A stretch of DNA of 63,804 nucleotides, the filler included, from Atractiella rhizophila (taxonomy: Eukaryota), in the NCBI GenBank assembly GCA_021432655.1. It is 9 parts of 9 records of this genome, joined end to end, with 100 filler letters (N's around TTAATTAATTAA, not from the genome) between each part and the next. Parts side by side here need not be neighbours in the genome. Positions count along the whole stretch, not along the records: positions 45,137 to 55,175 come from MU272091.1; positions 55,276 to 59,528 come from MU272093.1; positions 59,629 to 62,647 come from MU272094.1; 6 more parts are not named here. One strand, 5' to 3'. A program made the translations under genes and the position numbers. Numbering within the stretch: the first letter of the stretch is position 1; the number at the start of each line of letters is the position of its first letter. The notes under the pieces are model-generated. The model was not told the DNA's origin. It did not search any database and saw only the letters and a list, made by a program, of their open reading frames with translations. This document shows positions 47,669 through 61,227 of the stretch, one piece after another.

Positions 47669-50471
47669 TTAGTTCTCCTCACACTGTCGCTTGCGCACAA
47701 CTCTCTTGATCCTGACAGCTCCGACCGAAGAGGCATTGGAGGCAGCTTGAATCACAATTGAGACTTTGGGACTATGGAGAGACCAGGGGAAAGGACGTAC
47801 TGCTGTCAGCAGCGGCTGCGTTCGCTCCATTGGCGGCGGAAGCATTGGCGTCCGCTCCTCCACCAAGGATATCTTGAAGACTTGCACCAGCGGACAACTG
47901 AGAGATGAGGTCACCCTAAACAATGTAACATTCAGCCACAGTTAGTTCGTGCGAGGGAGATGGGATGAGAGGGAGGAAGGAAAGAGACTGACGAGAGGGG
48001 TTCCGTCCAAAGCGCTTGTCAACTGGCCAAGTTGGTCACTAAGAGTGCTCGCCAAATCGGCACCTCCCGCGCCATTCCCGGAGAGGAGGTCTCCCTATTT
48101 CCCTTTGATATTAGGACCTGGCAGAACAAAAGAAAGCAGAAAACTCACGAGGCTGCGTCGATCATTCTTCTTGGTCTTTAGGCCGGTGAATTTGAACACA
48201 CCAGTGACCTGCCTTTTCCTTGCAGCTCCAGTCTTAAGGGCGGCACCACCAGCAGCAGCTCCAGTCTCAGCGGCAGCGGCAGCATCGGCAGCTGCAGTCT
48301 CAGTGGCAGCAGCGGCAGCAGCTCCGTCATTAGCATTAGCGTTGGCGTTGCCTCCCTTCGCTCCCTTCAAGTTGCCCAAGAGGTCGGAAAGGCTAGCGTT
48401 TCCTTGTAACTGGCCCAGGAGGTTTCCCTGTCATTGTAGCGGCACCAGGGACGTCAGCCATGACGCAGAGGCTGATTGTAAGGAGGGAAAGATGAGGGCA
48501 AATACTGACGAGTTTGGTTCCGGATAGCTGGTCCAATAAGCCTGCGAACTGGTCCTTGAGGTTCCCTCCGCCAGACAGCAAGCTTCCCTATTTTGCGTAT
48601 GGGATCACCAGTTAAACAAAGATCGGACGAAAGAAAGGAGGAAAAACTGACGAGGTTGCCAAGCAAGTCGCCAAGTTTGCCAGCAGCACCAGAATCAGCA
48701 GAAGAGGCATCGGTGGCAGAGGCAGCGGCCGCGTCAGCAGAAGAGGCATCGGTAGCAGTAGCATCGGCAGCATCAGTCACAGTTTGGGTCGCTGCTGTTA
48801 CACACATCGCGTGAGCGTAAGACTAACGAGGTGGGTCAAAAAAAGAAGGAAGCGCACCAGCCCCGTTGTCGGTGACAGCAGCAGTAACATTCCCCGAGTT
48901 GGCTTGACCGTCGTTGACAGCAGTGGCATTGCCTGCGTTTGCAACATCTCCAGCCTGAGCAGCAGCGGCGGCGGCAGCAGCTTTCTCAGCAGCCTTCTGT
49001 GCTTTCTTGCCGTTAGCTTGGCCGTCGTTGGTAGCAGCAGCAGCAGCGTTATCTCCATTTCCTGCGTTGGCAGCGTCTCCAGCCTGTGCAGCGGCGGCGG
49101 CGGCAGCAGCCTTCTCAGCAGCCTTCTGTGCTTTCTTGCCATTGCCTCCATTGCAGTCAGCGGCGGCAGCAGCACCTCCATTGGCTCCGTCTGCAGCAGT
49201 TCCAGCTTGAGCAGCAGCGGCGGCGGCGGCAGCTTTCTCAGCAGCCTTTTGACCTTTCTTACCATTGGCTTGATCGTCGTTGGCAGCAGCCGCAGCGGCA
49301 TCTCCAGTCTGAGCTTGAGCAGCGGCGCCGTTGGCTTGATCGTTGGTAGCAGCAGCAGCGTTATCCCCGTTGGCTGCGTTCGCGGCGTCTCCAGCCTGGG
49401 CAGCAGCGGCGGCGGCAGCAGCTTTCTCAGCAGCCTTCTGTGCCTTCTTGCCATTGGCTTGACCATTGTTCGCAGCAGCAGCAACAGCATCTCCAGACTG
49501 AGCCTGAGCAGCGGCTTGGCCGTCGTTGGTGGCAGTGTTATCCCCGTTGGCTGCGTTCGCAGCGTCTCCAGCCTGGGCAGCGGCGGCGGCAGCAGCAGCT
49601 TTCTCAGCAGCCTTCTGTGCTTTCTTGCCATTACCTTGACCGTCGTTGGCAGCAGCGGCGGCGGCGTTATCCCCGTTGCCTGCGTTCGCAGCGTCTCCAG
49701 CCTGAGCAGCGGCGGCGGCAGCAGCAGCTTTCTCAGCAGCCTTCTGAGCTTTCTTGCCATTGCCTCTCCCAGTGTCCGCTGTAGTTTCCACGGCGGCGGC
49801 TGCGCTATCGGTTGCGGTTGCAAGATCTGTTGCAGCTGCGGTGCCCACAAAATGTCAATATAAGCAAGGAGAAGAGAAGAGAGGAAGACAGACCTGTATC
49901 GGCGGCGGTCTGGATGGACACTTCGGTAGAATTTGAGGTAGCTAAGGCTAGCGCGCGAAGGTGGATATGTTAGTGAGTTTTTGGGAGTTCCATGTCAGAG
50001 AGACGTACCAGAATCTGAAGATGAGTCCGTAGCGGCAGCTGCTCATGACGAATTAACTTTGGAACGTGGGAAAGGAGGGAGAGCGTACCTGCTCCAGTGT
50101 TGTCGACGACAGTGCTATTGGCAGCTATTCCATGTTTCAGTCAGCCGTCTCTTTATACACATGCAAGAGGGAGAACGCACCTGCCCCAGTGTTGTCAACG
50201 ACAGTGCTATTGGCAGCTATTGCACCTTTCAGTCAGCTGTCTTTTACAACACGTACAAGTGAAGAGACGGACCATTACCAGCCTTTCCAGCTCCGGCTGC
50301 AGCTGCAGCGTTGGAGAGATCGATGAAACCACCTCCTTGGCGCTTGACTTGTGGAGGTAAGACGGCATTGGTGCCTATGGCGGCAACGGTGACTTTGGCC
50401 CCTGTATGCGGGATGGGCAGGGCGAGAGCGCTGAGGACCAGAGAGGCGAGGAAGAAGATGTCCGACTTCAT
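47669..50471 (-). CDS. Large secreted Ala/Gly/Asn-rich repetitive protein, many exons
   Basis: Signal peptide MKSDIFFLASLVLSALA; VKR|Q; six NGKK(A/G)QKAAEKAAAAAAAAQAG repeats (exon ~49850-48860); C-terminal GDLL/SLxDxLG helical repeats; ends RKRQCEEN*. Confidence 0.85.
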
Positions 50472-51441
50472 TTTGACTTCAAGTTGACCTGCTTGATGGA
50501 CGATACGCTGGAAGTTACGAATGAAAACGTAAGAGAAGGTGAACGATGAAGGAGGGGATACAGAAGACCGCTCTACGGTTTGGAGAACTCGCTCTGCGGT
50601 TTAAAGAACTGAAAAAGAAGAAAAGGACAAGACGCCTGGTCTAAGGTGTAAGAGGGGAAGCGAAGGAAGTGGCTTTTGGAGGAAGGATGGGGGAGCAAAA
50701 GCTGCTTTCTTCATCTTGTGGGGCGACCCTTTTATATGGAGGTAGAGATAAATCATGTTGGGAGGTAGGACGTCTAGAGGCGGATCAGCCACTTGGTCGT
50801 CAGGGTCATCAGCTCAGTTGCTGATCCGAAGTTGCGAGATGGCAACACTTCATGACTACTGTATTGTGTTATTTCATTTCAGAAAGGTATAAAAATATGC
50901 ACAACTTGATACTCTGCGAAGAAGTTCCAGGTTGTTCATCCTGCAATATTGTTTTGTTTCAAGTTCAAGCGCAATTGGAAGGAGCTGAAGGAAGCAACGG
51001 ATGTCGCCATTGGTTGCCTTGTCTGGCAACTCGGGAAGGTCAACGCAGCATAGAAGTTCTAAGAATTGGTACCTTCAGGAAAGACTTGGAAGGACGCGTG
51101 CAAAGACCGCCAGAGACAGCCTGCGACAACGAAAGGGAGATGTTCTGGGGTCGAATTGCGCTTGATAATTACGCTGTCGTGACTTTTGACCTTGTCTGAC
51201 AGGTGCTAGTAGCACCCTTCGGTGACCGGATGAAGGATCAACATTTCGTATTCTTGAAAGCACCAAGACTGCGATGGTGGAACTTTGAGGAACTCTGGCG
51301 TGCGGTGGGACGCGGCCTGTTTCTGCGAAGTTGTCCGGACATAAAAGCCACTCCGTTCTTTTACTTACACCATCTTCACCCATCTCTTAAGTATCTCAGG
51401 TCTTGGTGTGGGTGGTTTGCTTGAAATTTCTGCTCGACGAT

Positions 51442-53815
51442 ATGCACCTTCTTTCGCTCCTCCCAATCCTTTCCATCCTCCAACTCCCAACTTCCAGCGC
51501 TGTTACCATCCAGGCGCCAGCTGCCTCCCTCGCCAAACCAATCTTTCTGCCACAAGAGCACAGGCCGTCAGGGATGCCTGGCAGCAGTCTTATACCGCTT
51601 ATAGGAGGCATGCTTTTGGTTTCGACAATCTGAAGCCCGTTTCTCAGACCGGTGGTCAGTCCCAGGAATGGTTGGGTAAGTCTGCTTCCCAGAAAACTGA
51701 GAATCGTTTGCCTACACAGGGTTTTTAGGGAGCGACTATCATCGACAGTCTAGACGTGCTCTCCCCTGCCATGATGAACTTCCCCAACTGGTACAAGGAG
51801 GTTGGTCTTTCTTCCTCCTCCCACGCACTGCGGACAATATCTCTAAATGGAAACGAAGGCGATAACTTTTGTCGGAACGGTTGACTTCACAAAATCTGTT
51901 AACGACCAAGCCGTCTCCATCTTCGAGACCACCATCCGATACCTTGGCGGGCTCCTGAGCACCTACAACATCTCCACCGCTCACGAACCCATCCTTCTCC
52001 AAAAGGCACAACAACTCGGTACCACGCTCAGCTTAGGTTGGAGCAAGGGCACGGTGATCCCTTACGGCTTCGTGAACCTGACTACAAAGCAACCGTTCAT
52101 CCAATCCGTCAGTCCCTGCTCTGTCCTTGGTAAAGAAAGCCAACCATCTGACGAGGATAATGTGGACAGAACAACATCGCTGAGGCTGGAACCCTCCTGC
52201 TCGAATTCAATGCGCTCTCGACCTATGGAGGCAATGCAACCTATCGAGCTTTGGCGGAGGCAACAAACGCCAAGCTCAGGGCGAATCCTGCCGTCTTCCC
52301 AGGACTGCTCGCTTCAGCCGTCAATCCAGCCAATAACGCTGTCGTCGGAGACCTCGTTAGCTGGGGACCTGCTTGTGATTCCTTCTACGAGTACGTCTAA
52401 GTTCGCCCTCATTTCAGATCGTCAGTGTTGATACGATGTGACGCAATTGATAGGTATCTGGTTAAATACGCTCTCTATACTGGAAATACGGATACTTCGT
52501 ATCTCACCTTCTGGCAACAAGCCGTATCGAGCTCCATCACTAAATTATTGAAGACGTCGAGCGTTGGGAACCACCTTTACCTGACCGATTACTCTGCTAG
52601 CAACGGTGGAAACCTGTACATCTCTTCTCACTTAGCGTGCTATGCTGGTGGGAACTGGGGTCCTTGGCGTGTGTCTTCCTTTCCTCATGTGGAAATAATG
52701 TCTTGATCAATTGAAATAGGGAAAGATGTTGGCGAACCAAACGATCATCAATTATGGCCTCTCCCTCATCGACGCCTGCCACAACACTTACAACAAAACA
52801 GTGTGCGCCTCTTTCTTTCCTTTGACTCCTCAAAATCATGTTGAAGTTATTGAACGTATAGGACGGGAATTGGACCCGGTACGATTCTTCCGCTTCTCCC
52901 ATGAGAGTAGAGGCTGACGGAGATCTCCAGAGGTGTTTGGCTTCGTGGATAAGGCCACAGGATCAAACAATGGCTGGACCCCTTCCGCGTCGGATACCAC
53001 TTTCTATAATGCCAACGGATTCGCCACCGTCAGTGGTCGAGGATACCATCTCTTGCGTCCTGAGGTCGTGGAGAGGTTAGTCAACTCTTCCTTCTCCCTC
53101 TTGATGGTGATGCTGAAATGGATGAAATAGCTACTTTTACGCCTGGCGTATCACTGGCGACACCGTGCGTTGCTCCCTTCTTCTCACCTTTATATCTTTT
53201 CTCATGGTTAACGGATGGACGGATGGATAGAAATACCAAGAATGGGCTTGGGAAGCCTTCCAGCACCTCCTCGCTGCCGGATTNNNNNNNNNNNNNNNNN
53301 NNTGGGAAGCCTTCCAGCACCTCCTCGCTGCCGGATTGGTTAACAACGCCTACGCCTCCGTTTCGGATGTGAACGCGACTCCAGCGCCTCATTGGGACAA
53401 CACCGAAACCTTCTGGTACTCAGAAACTCTCAAGTTCCTCTGGCTCACCTTCACCCCCGGCACCACCATCTCCTTGGACGACTACGTGATCTCGACAGAA
53501 GGACATCCGTTCCCTATCCAGAAAAAGGCTTCGACGTTCCGCACCTCCTCCCACGTCGCTGTCCTCGACGTGGACGTTGAATTCAACCTCGACGTAGCCT
53601 CCAACGTCACGTCGGCTGGGTCCAAGGTCGCCCATCCGGAAACGCTCACTACTTTCGAAGTTGCACCCGTACCAGCTCCTTCTGGTATTCCAGCGCTGTT
53701 GCCCGTGGATGTGCAGGTGTTAGAGAACACGGTTAACCAGTTGCTTGAGGTGACTTCCCATGGAGTATTGCAGGAACCAGGTGCGAAGTCGCACAAGAAG
53801 ATTCATCGCTTTTGA
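51442..53815 (+). CDS. Secreted class I alpha-1,2-mannosidase (GH47)
   Basis: AVRDAWQQSY.AY..HAFG.D.LKP; SIFETTIRYLGGLLS; DSFYEYL.K; SHLACYAGG; LRPEVVE; ETFWYSETLKFLWL; STEGHP. One frameshift at ~51524 and a gap artefact at 53284-53302. Confidence 0.93.
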
Positions 53816-54131
53816 TCCTCCTTCCTTCTTTTCTCCTCTATCTGAGGAACTTGTCTGACCTTACAGTTCACCTTGCCGATCGCTCGCAGTTACGATCGTT
53901 TTGATACCTAATGGAATGGAATCGCATGCACTTGTCATCTTAGAAATCGAATTTATCTAAGCAGTGTACAAGGTATCTAAATACAATAATCTCGAACGCC
54001 GAAGTTGTCTACCCAACTTCAACAGCTTTTGAACATGTCAACGAATTAAAGACAGAACCATCAAAGAATATCTACTGAGAGTCCACTTTCTCTCAAGCTC
54101 CCTGAAGACCAGCAAAAAGGAGTGAAACGTC

Positions 54132-55175
54132 TCAAAACCCTTTGCCATTCACGCTCCCGCCCAGCCTGAAGAACCTCTCCTCAAAACCTTCCAACCGTCG
54201 ATCGTCCTTCCACATCCTAACCTCAATCGGGCTTCTCTCCTTTCTCCTCTTCTTCTCCTCCTCCCCAACATCTCCCTCGTCCTCCCCCCGTATCAGGAGC
54301 TCCGGATCCTTCCACTCGATATCTATACAAAGCGCCGAAATCCATCCACCATGAAAAAAGTTCTTAACACCCCTCTCGCCCGCCGCTCGTCTCCTCACTC
54401 CCAACCGACCATGTCTCACAATCCCTCGTCCGTCTCCGTCGGCATTGGCGAGGTGGTCGGCGTCCACGTCCATGTCTTCGTCCTCCTCCAAGGTCTCTGA
54501 CACGTCGAGGAGGGAAGAGGATGAGGGAAAGGAAGAGGATGGAGAGGGAGCGAAGAGCAGGGTGGTGTTGGATGAGAACGTCTTGAGTGATCGTGAGCGT
54601 CCCCATGCTGCTCCTCGACCGACACCAGAGGGAATCTGTTTCAGCAGATTTTGGTGGACGAAGAGTGGTTTTCCGAACTGGAAATTCATAACATGTCACG
54701 AACTGTTTATAAGGAGGGAGGAGAGGGAGGGACTGACATGGTCGTGTTGGAGCATGGTGTGTCCACAGAACCCGCTCATGGCGTCAAAAGGCAACGCACC
54801 AGCAGCGACGTAACGTCCCGGTACCGCCCACCTCTTTCGTAGAGCGAGGAACGCGTATCTGAAGGCGTCCTTATCTCCATCCGTGAAGTTGTACCAAAAC
54901 TCGTGATTGACGAGCATGTATTCTGTCAAAACGAGGCTGTTCCGTCGTCTATCAGTTTACAAGAAAGGATGATTTGAAGACCAGGAGGGGAGGACGAACG
55001 CGTCGTAATGCTGTCCTTTGTCGATTAGGATTTGGCCTGCCTCCATTTCCCACTCGTCTCTACATTGGGTACCAATGATGGACCAAATGGGATTATCGGC
55101 TCCCGTCTTCCAGTAATCGGGCCAAAACAAGGCACCGAGTCTCTTATACGCCTTCGAATCCCACAAATCCAACAG
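54132..55175 (-). CDS. Alpha-mannosyltransferase, GT71 (MNN2/MNN5-like), 5'-truncated
   Basis: GALFWPDYWKT...NPIW.IIG..CRDEWEMEAGQILIDK; DGDKDAFRYAFLAL; FCGHTMLQHD; PLFVHQNLLK. Confidence 0.9.
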
Positions 55176-55275
55176 NNNNNNNNNNNNNNNNNNNNNNNNN
55201 NNNNNNNNNNNNNNNNNNNTTAATTAATTAANNNNNNNNNNNNNNNNNNNNNNNNNNNNNNNNNNNNNNNNNNNN

Positions 55276-55585
55276 AGAGAAGGAACAATTCTCTAAAGCT
55301 GGTTTCAAAAAGGTCGAAGTAAGGGATCTGAAAACCATAAGACGGGCGGACGTACCACGATCTGAACTGGAACGGTTTGTCCTTTTTTATCTTCAGAATT
55401 GGAAGAGACCGTGACTTGACTCTTTCATTCGATCGAACGTGGACTTCTTTGGGCCTTACAGCATTGCGAAGCTTGAGATGCTCGATGAGATTGAAGAGCT
55501 AGAGTTGATCCTTGAGCACTATTGCCTCGCATGGGCGGTGGATGCTCCCGAAGGGTCGAAGTTACCAGAACTCATTACGCTTTGA
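55276..55585 (+). CDS. PPM1: Leucine carboxyl methyltransferase, C-terminal fragment
   Basis: ELER|IAKLEMLDEIEELELILEHYCLAWA matches the LCMT1/Ppm1 C-terminal E.LDE.EE..L...HYC motif. Confidence 0.8.
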
Positions 55586-56372
55586 AGTGTGGTTCCTGTT
55601 CGAGCAAGGCGTCCTGGGTAGGAAGTCACTTAAAAGCACGGCGAAACACGGGGCAAAGATAATACTATGTAGTAACGTTATTCCAACATCATAGAGCTCA
55701 CAATTGATCAACCAGCTCTTCAAGTTCCTCAACAATATTCTTGCTCTCCCTCGCTTTGTTCAAGGCAACCGTTTCAAGAAAGTGTTCACGCAGGCATGAA
55801 CATCTATCTGCACTCATTCTCCATCATTGAGATCGATGAAATCGACACCCATTTGCAAAACACATCGTTGTCGAGGGAGTTGGTATCGTCAGGCATGTGC
55901 CCAAGACGCAGAGAGCAGATGAGGGAGAATAATTCGGCTTCGGAGCTCAAGCTCACTTTGGGGTCGCCAAAAGCTGGCCAATATCGTTCTTGGACTGGCC
56001 GAGTCGGTTGGAGGATTGAGCATGTCCCAACCAAGTTGGGATGGGTGATCTATCCAATTCTAATAGTAAAAGGAGAGAATCTCACCAAGGCACCTTGTCG
56101 ACACTTTCAGAGAGCTCCTGCAATTAGTAGGACGCTTTGCGGGTGCCGTTCTTGAAAATGAAGCCCAAGAGTCGTCAAGTTCCCATGGCGCTTGTACTTT
56201 TGACCTGCAAACTGTAGACGTCGGATGTCCTTTCACTGGTCAACTTGGTGGTGTTTCCAGCATAGGCTATAAGTCCGTGGTGGCTTACATAAAGAGAAAC
56301 GCAACGTGTGCAGGGATGTAATCACAGGAGTATCGAAATAAATCCATTGAAGCTGATTGAATGCTTGAAGTA

Positions 56373-59125
56373 CTATGGCAACAGTCCTAAGTATGCTGTC
56401 ACCTTGGCTCCCCAAGACCCCAAGTTGTCAGCAGCCTTTGCTACTCCTTGCCCATTGAGAGTCACCACGTTCGTGACAGATCTGAAGAAATATACTCATA
56501 CTTCGTCCATTTGAGCAGAAAACTGACGAACCTTGTGTTCATGTTATACAGAACAGTTGCGTGGACGTCGCCCTCTAGCGAGTAAATATCCTTTATGTCG
56601 AAGTCAGTCACCATTATCATTTCCGAAGGTGAGACTGGACTTTTTGACAATCCCCATCACATCCACCAAAATTATTGAAAAAGGCCCAGGACCCTGCACC
56701 GTAGATATTCTGGTGACTACCACCAACGATCCTAATCGCCCACTGCATTCGGCACTTGTCGTCCCCATCCGGGCAATTGTCGAATGTCGGATCGTTCCAG
56801 TCAGCATTCGGTTTCCAAGGAGTGGGAGCAAGTGGAGCTGGTTGGAAATATGGTGTTTCTATTTGTGCCATGCCTACATAGACATTCGCAGCGTTGAGAA
56901 ATTGATATGCATATAGGATGTGGTGTTCTGAGCCTGTACCGACAAACCAGGACCCTTTAGTCGATTCCGTTAGGTAGCCTCGACCGGTTCCTATCACTTG
57001 GTTAAAATCGGCGTCTAGGTCATGATCCGCTATCGGACCCATGTCAGGGTATTGCTATCGTTCATTAGGCACCTGCTTACCGCTCCATAACCACATATTT
57101 TCCATATATGTTTGAGACGTCTCCTTGAGATGCATCATCAAGAAGGCTGCCTTGCAAGGGGAACCGTCTTCCTGACATTCTGTCTCTGTCTTGCTGTCTT
57201 GTGAGCCTGTCCATTCATTAGCCTTAGCGTTCGCTGGATTGATTCGAAAACCCGAGACCCGTACCTCCAACCCGAATGTGAGTGTTGTGAAAAGACACAT
57301 CGCCTTTAATCTCCCCAGCCATGCTCACTTCAACGACGATAGCACCAGGAAGAACGTCTGAGACCGTGAAAATCATGTCGACGAATTCAGCTACCCCAAC
57401 CTCACCGGGTTCACCAACTCGAAGCTTGACATCTCTCAATAAGCAGGAAGACGAAGAGCAAATGACGAACCATGGCTTTTGGGTTGTTTTCATCGGAAAA
57501 GGCTTTCCCAGAAGCCGCGACGATGGACCAGACCTCTCCGACGATTCTCGAGCCTGTTTGCGACTCGTTAGTGCAAACTCTTCAAATGTGAGAGAAATCA
57601 TACCAGGAGGAACATATATTGTGTCTGTGACGAGATAAACACCATGGGGGAAGTAAGTGAGGCGACACCCAGCATTCTCCATCAAGGCTTGCTGAATCGC
57701 CTTGGTATCATCTGTCCTTCCATCTCCCACGGCGCCTGCATCCTTCACGCTGGCAAACGCTTCCGCGCCATACTGTTCATACTGAGGTAGAGCCTTCGTG
57801 ACATACGTCCCATCTTCCGCCGCCAGTGTACCACGATCTGTAGTAGGTATCGCTCCGGAGGTGAACTTGGGGATACCAAAATTGTCTGTGTATACGTTTC
57901 CGAGTGCCCAAGTTCCCGCGACCGACCCTTTGACGGCAGCATTACCATTCAACAAGACAGTTGTAGCTGAGTCTGCATTGTGTATATTCTCAAGGAGAAC
58001 TGATCGCTGATTGTCCGTCTTGAGGACGATAGATGTGTTTTGGGCATTCGAATCGATGAGGGAAACCGAACCAGTGTCATCCATTGTGGTGAGGTCCACT
58101 CCGATGTTGACATTGGTGAACGAGAGGCCTTGGAACACGCCGACGAAGAGGTGGAGGACCTGAATCGCTGTGTCAACGTCGGTGAATTCGAGATTCTTGA
58201 AGGAGTATTGCTGATTGTTCAGCTGTATCCCAACCGCTCCTCCGTTGAAGGAAAGATCTCCTAAGAAGGTCCCACTTCCTCCTCCACCTTCCTCAGGCAA
58301 CGGCAATCAAGCTCTGTAAACCGATTGAGAGGACGAGAAACCCACCGTCTCCTCCATCCATGATGATCCCTAAATGCTTACTTCCCTTGGGCATTTCAAA
58401 ATGAACATTGACCAAGTTCGTCGCCTGCGAGACCGCCCAGTTCAGCAACGGTAGTGCGACACCGCTATTCACATCCGTCGTATCAATGATTATATTACGA
58501 ATGCCGCTGAAGAAATTCGTGGTTGAACCAGTTCCAGGATCGTATCCATTCAGGACGGCGCCAGAATCGACGGATGCGCGGAAGTTGGAGGAAGCTTTGA
58601 TCGTGGGTAGGGAGAGTGGATTGCCGATGATTTGGGTGTAAATTATCACTTGGACGCTCGAGGTGACGACGTATGTACCTTCCGGGACGTACAGCACTTT
58701 ATCGTTCAGTGTCAATCAGCGATTGTTGAATGTAAGACGGAGTGAGAGACGGAAGGGGAGACTCACGGACGGGACGACCAGTTACTCCTCCATCGCAAGT
58801 ACCTCCTAAACACCTATTCCCGTCCGTGATGGCGCGATTGAAAGCATCTGTATCGTCCGCGACACCATCGCCCACAGCTCCCTTTCCCTTCATTCAACGA
58901 CCACATTTGAAAGAGTAGAAAGCGGCTTACATAGTCTTTGACGTTGCGAAAAATCTGGAAGCTTTCGTCTCCAAGGAATGGAGAAGTGCCTTGGTGCTTC
59001 ACACCTTCCAACCAAAACTCGGTGTTGTTCGCACGAGGAGACGACACAGGACAGTCTTGTTTCTTTGAAAGCGTTGCTGCAAAAGTAAAGCAAACGCAGA
59101 ACAGAAATGGGATAAAGGAAACCAT
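56373..59125 (-). CDS. Secreted GH55 exo-beta-1,3-glucanase
   Basis: Signal peptide; FRNVKDY|GAVGDGVADDT; W.VSQAT.L; SVKDAGAVGDGRTDDT; YMENMWLW|.ADHDLD; GTGSEHH.LY.YQ; QIETPYFQP. Ends GSWGAKVTAYLGLLP*. Confidence 0.95.
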
Positions 59126-61227
59126 TTTCGTCTGCGGTTGGAATACTCTTGGGTGGCACCTGTTGTGGCCAGAATTATATCCCTATTCGGTCTCCCCCAT
59201 CAAGGTGTGCGTGAAGGGTGAGAACTAAAGTGACGACCGGCGTGAATGTGCGGGGAGGAGATCCATCCTCCGGTGTCGGTGCTGTCTGGTTGCTACCCGC
59301 ATGTTGCCGGTGGAGGCTCCGTCAGAGGCTGGCGCATGGGTGTTGGCGTTGCACACAATAGCTAGATCGAACGTCGTCCCAGATTCCGAGAACTGGATGG
59401 TCCAGCCCACGATGACAACTAGCCAACGAATTGGCTGCGGCGGCATTCAACTAGCGCACCGTTTCATTTCATAGCAAACTTGAACAGAACTTGAAGAGGA
59501 AGGGGAGAACTACAAATTCCTCCGACCTNNNNNNNNNNNNNNNNNNNNNNNNNNNNNNNNNNNNNNNNNNNNTTAATTAATTAANNNNNNNNNNNNNNNN
59601 NNNNNNNNNNNNNNNNNNNNNNNNNNNNTGTCCTCAAAATTCCTTCTCATACGACTGCAGATTCTTTTCCGTGATCTGTATGGACGATCTGGGCAAGAAC
59701 TGTGGGGACAGGTTTACGAAGTCACAATTCCTAGAAGAGAACCCAACGGTGCTCGTGTGGTGGTGAAGATTTACTAAGAAGCTTGAACCCTTCCCAGCTC
59801 GACTTCGAGACGTATCCAGCGGATTCCTCAACACGCGAGCAATCAGCTCATTCTTCTTTACGGTTACTTCAACGGTCAGCTATCCGAAATCTTATGGTTT
59901 TACGAAGTATATCGAACCCTTCCTTCGCCCTCAGCTAGCCTGAAATAGCTTCAGATACTGCTGGCGCATTTGACGGTTGTCGCAACTTACGTGCTCGAGT
60001 TTGTAGAAGGCCCTCAGACTCATATCGATGAGGTCGACTTACCCTCCCTTTCTGCTTTATCTTCTTCCTCTGAACGGCGCCGTCGGATATGTTTGGAAGA
60101 GAATGCTGTTTTCGAGGTTTCTAGCACCGAACAATGAATAGCGTCCATAGAGTGAAAAAACGGCTAGAAAATGAGCCATTGCCTTCGTCAGACCTTCATT
60201 TTCGCGTCTGGCCACGGAAATGACACCACATTGCAGGAGATTAATCTACAGATTACATTGCTTACCGGCCCTGCGGCTCAATGCAGTTTTTCGAGTCAAT
60301 CATATACATTGGATACGCCTAACACAGTGAGCAAATGGCATTGAAGCCATCTCCTATGCACAGCGGCGTTTGGTCCTCATCCGCAGATATATATACTTGA
60401 TGGCTGAAATGTTCCGAACTGCATTTTGGAGTTGTCTACGAGTAGACAATAGAATAACGCTTCAGTGGGGTTCATGACAGAACCTCAGACAGCTGATTTG
60501 CGAAGGCATATAACTATGGTTTAATCGTGTGCATTCTCCACAGATGGGCTGCGTCAAGATCTCCTCATCTTCAAAGAGGTCTGAGGGACAACTCTGTTTT
60601 CTCTCATAGCATCCGATGCTTCACTGATGCTCACGTTGTAGGTAAACATCACAAATAAATTATAGCGAAAAGAAATGTAAAATGTGTGCATAGTTATCAG
60701 CCTGAGAAAATAAATATGCAAGACCTTCAGGCGGAGCAACCAACTGCCTCTCATCCACGGCATCCTCCGCCACCTCACCTTCCTCAACACAAAGATAGGC
60801 AGGTCTACGTAAGTTTACGTTCAAATCCCTGAAATCGCCTATGCAATTCGCCGCATCGATCCCATCTCCTCTCATCGATCCCAGATCAGTCTACGAACCT
60901 TGCCCACCTTTGGCCAATTAGCCGTCCACATAAAAGCACTCCTCTGCGCTGTCCGCTGTCCTGTGACCTGTACCTAACCATTCCTTGCCCCTGAGAGGCG
61001 ACACCTGCCTAACAAGTCAAGGCATATCCATATCCAATCATAGTAGAAAGTGTTCGACGCACGTTCCGATCAATCTCACCGACGTATCCCGATCAGCAGG
61101 ATCAGTTGGCGTCATTCACAAAAGACGACGAACGAGCGACGAAGACTTCTCTGCCTCTCCCAGCACCGTATATATACAGCTGTCCACTTAAACCAACCAA
61201 CACGACTGGCCATCGCCTCAGATCAAC

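Noticed and set aside
48784..49863. 359-aa plus-strand and 350-aa alternative-frame ORFs over the Ala-rich gene
   Set aside because: These are shadows of GCN-rich repeats. Signal peptide and splice sites support only the Ala-rich minus-strand frame.
53249..53337. 35-nt direct repeat flanking a short N gap in GH47
   Set aside because: Identical sequence on both sides of a gap indicates unmerged overlapping contig ends. Collapsing it restores WAWEAFQHLLAAGLVNN.
55774..56300. Possible extra C-terminal domain of GH55
   Set aside because: GH55 stops at TAG 56375-56373. The downstream exon-like fragments (ERYWPAFGDPK) could not be built into a supportable gene.
51442..59125. GH47, GT71 and GH55 as a glycan gene cluster
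   Set aside because: GH55 is on a different contig. GH47-GT71 adjacency alone is weak evidence.
59629..60900. Short minus-strand ORFs upstream of TPS2
   Set aside because: No motif and no coherent exon chain.
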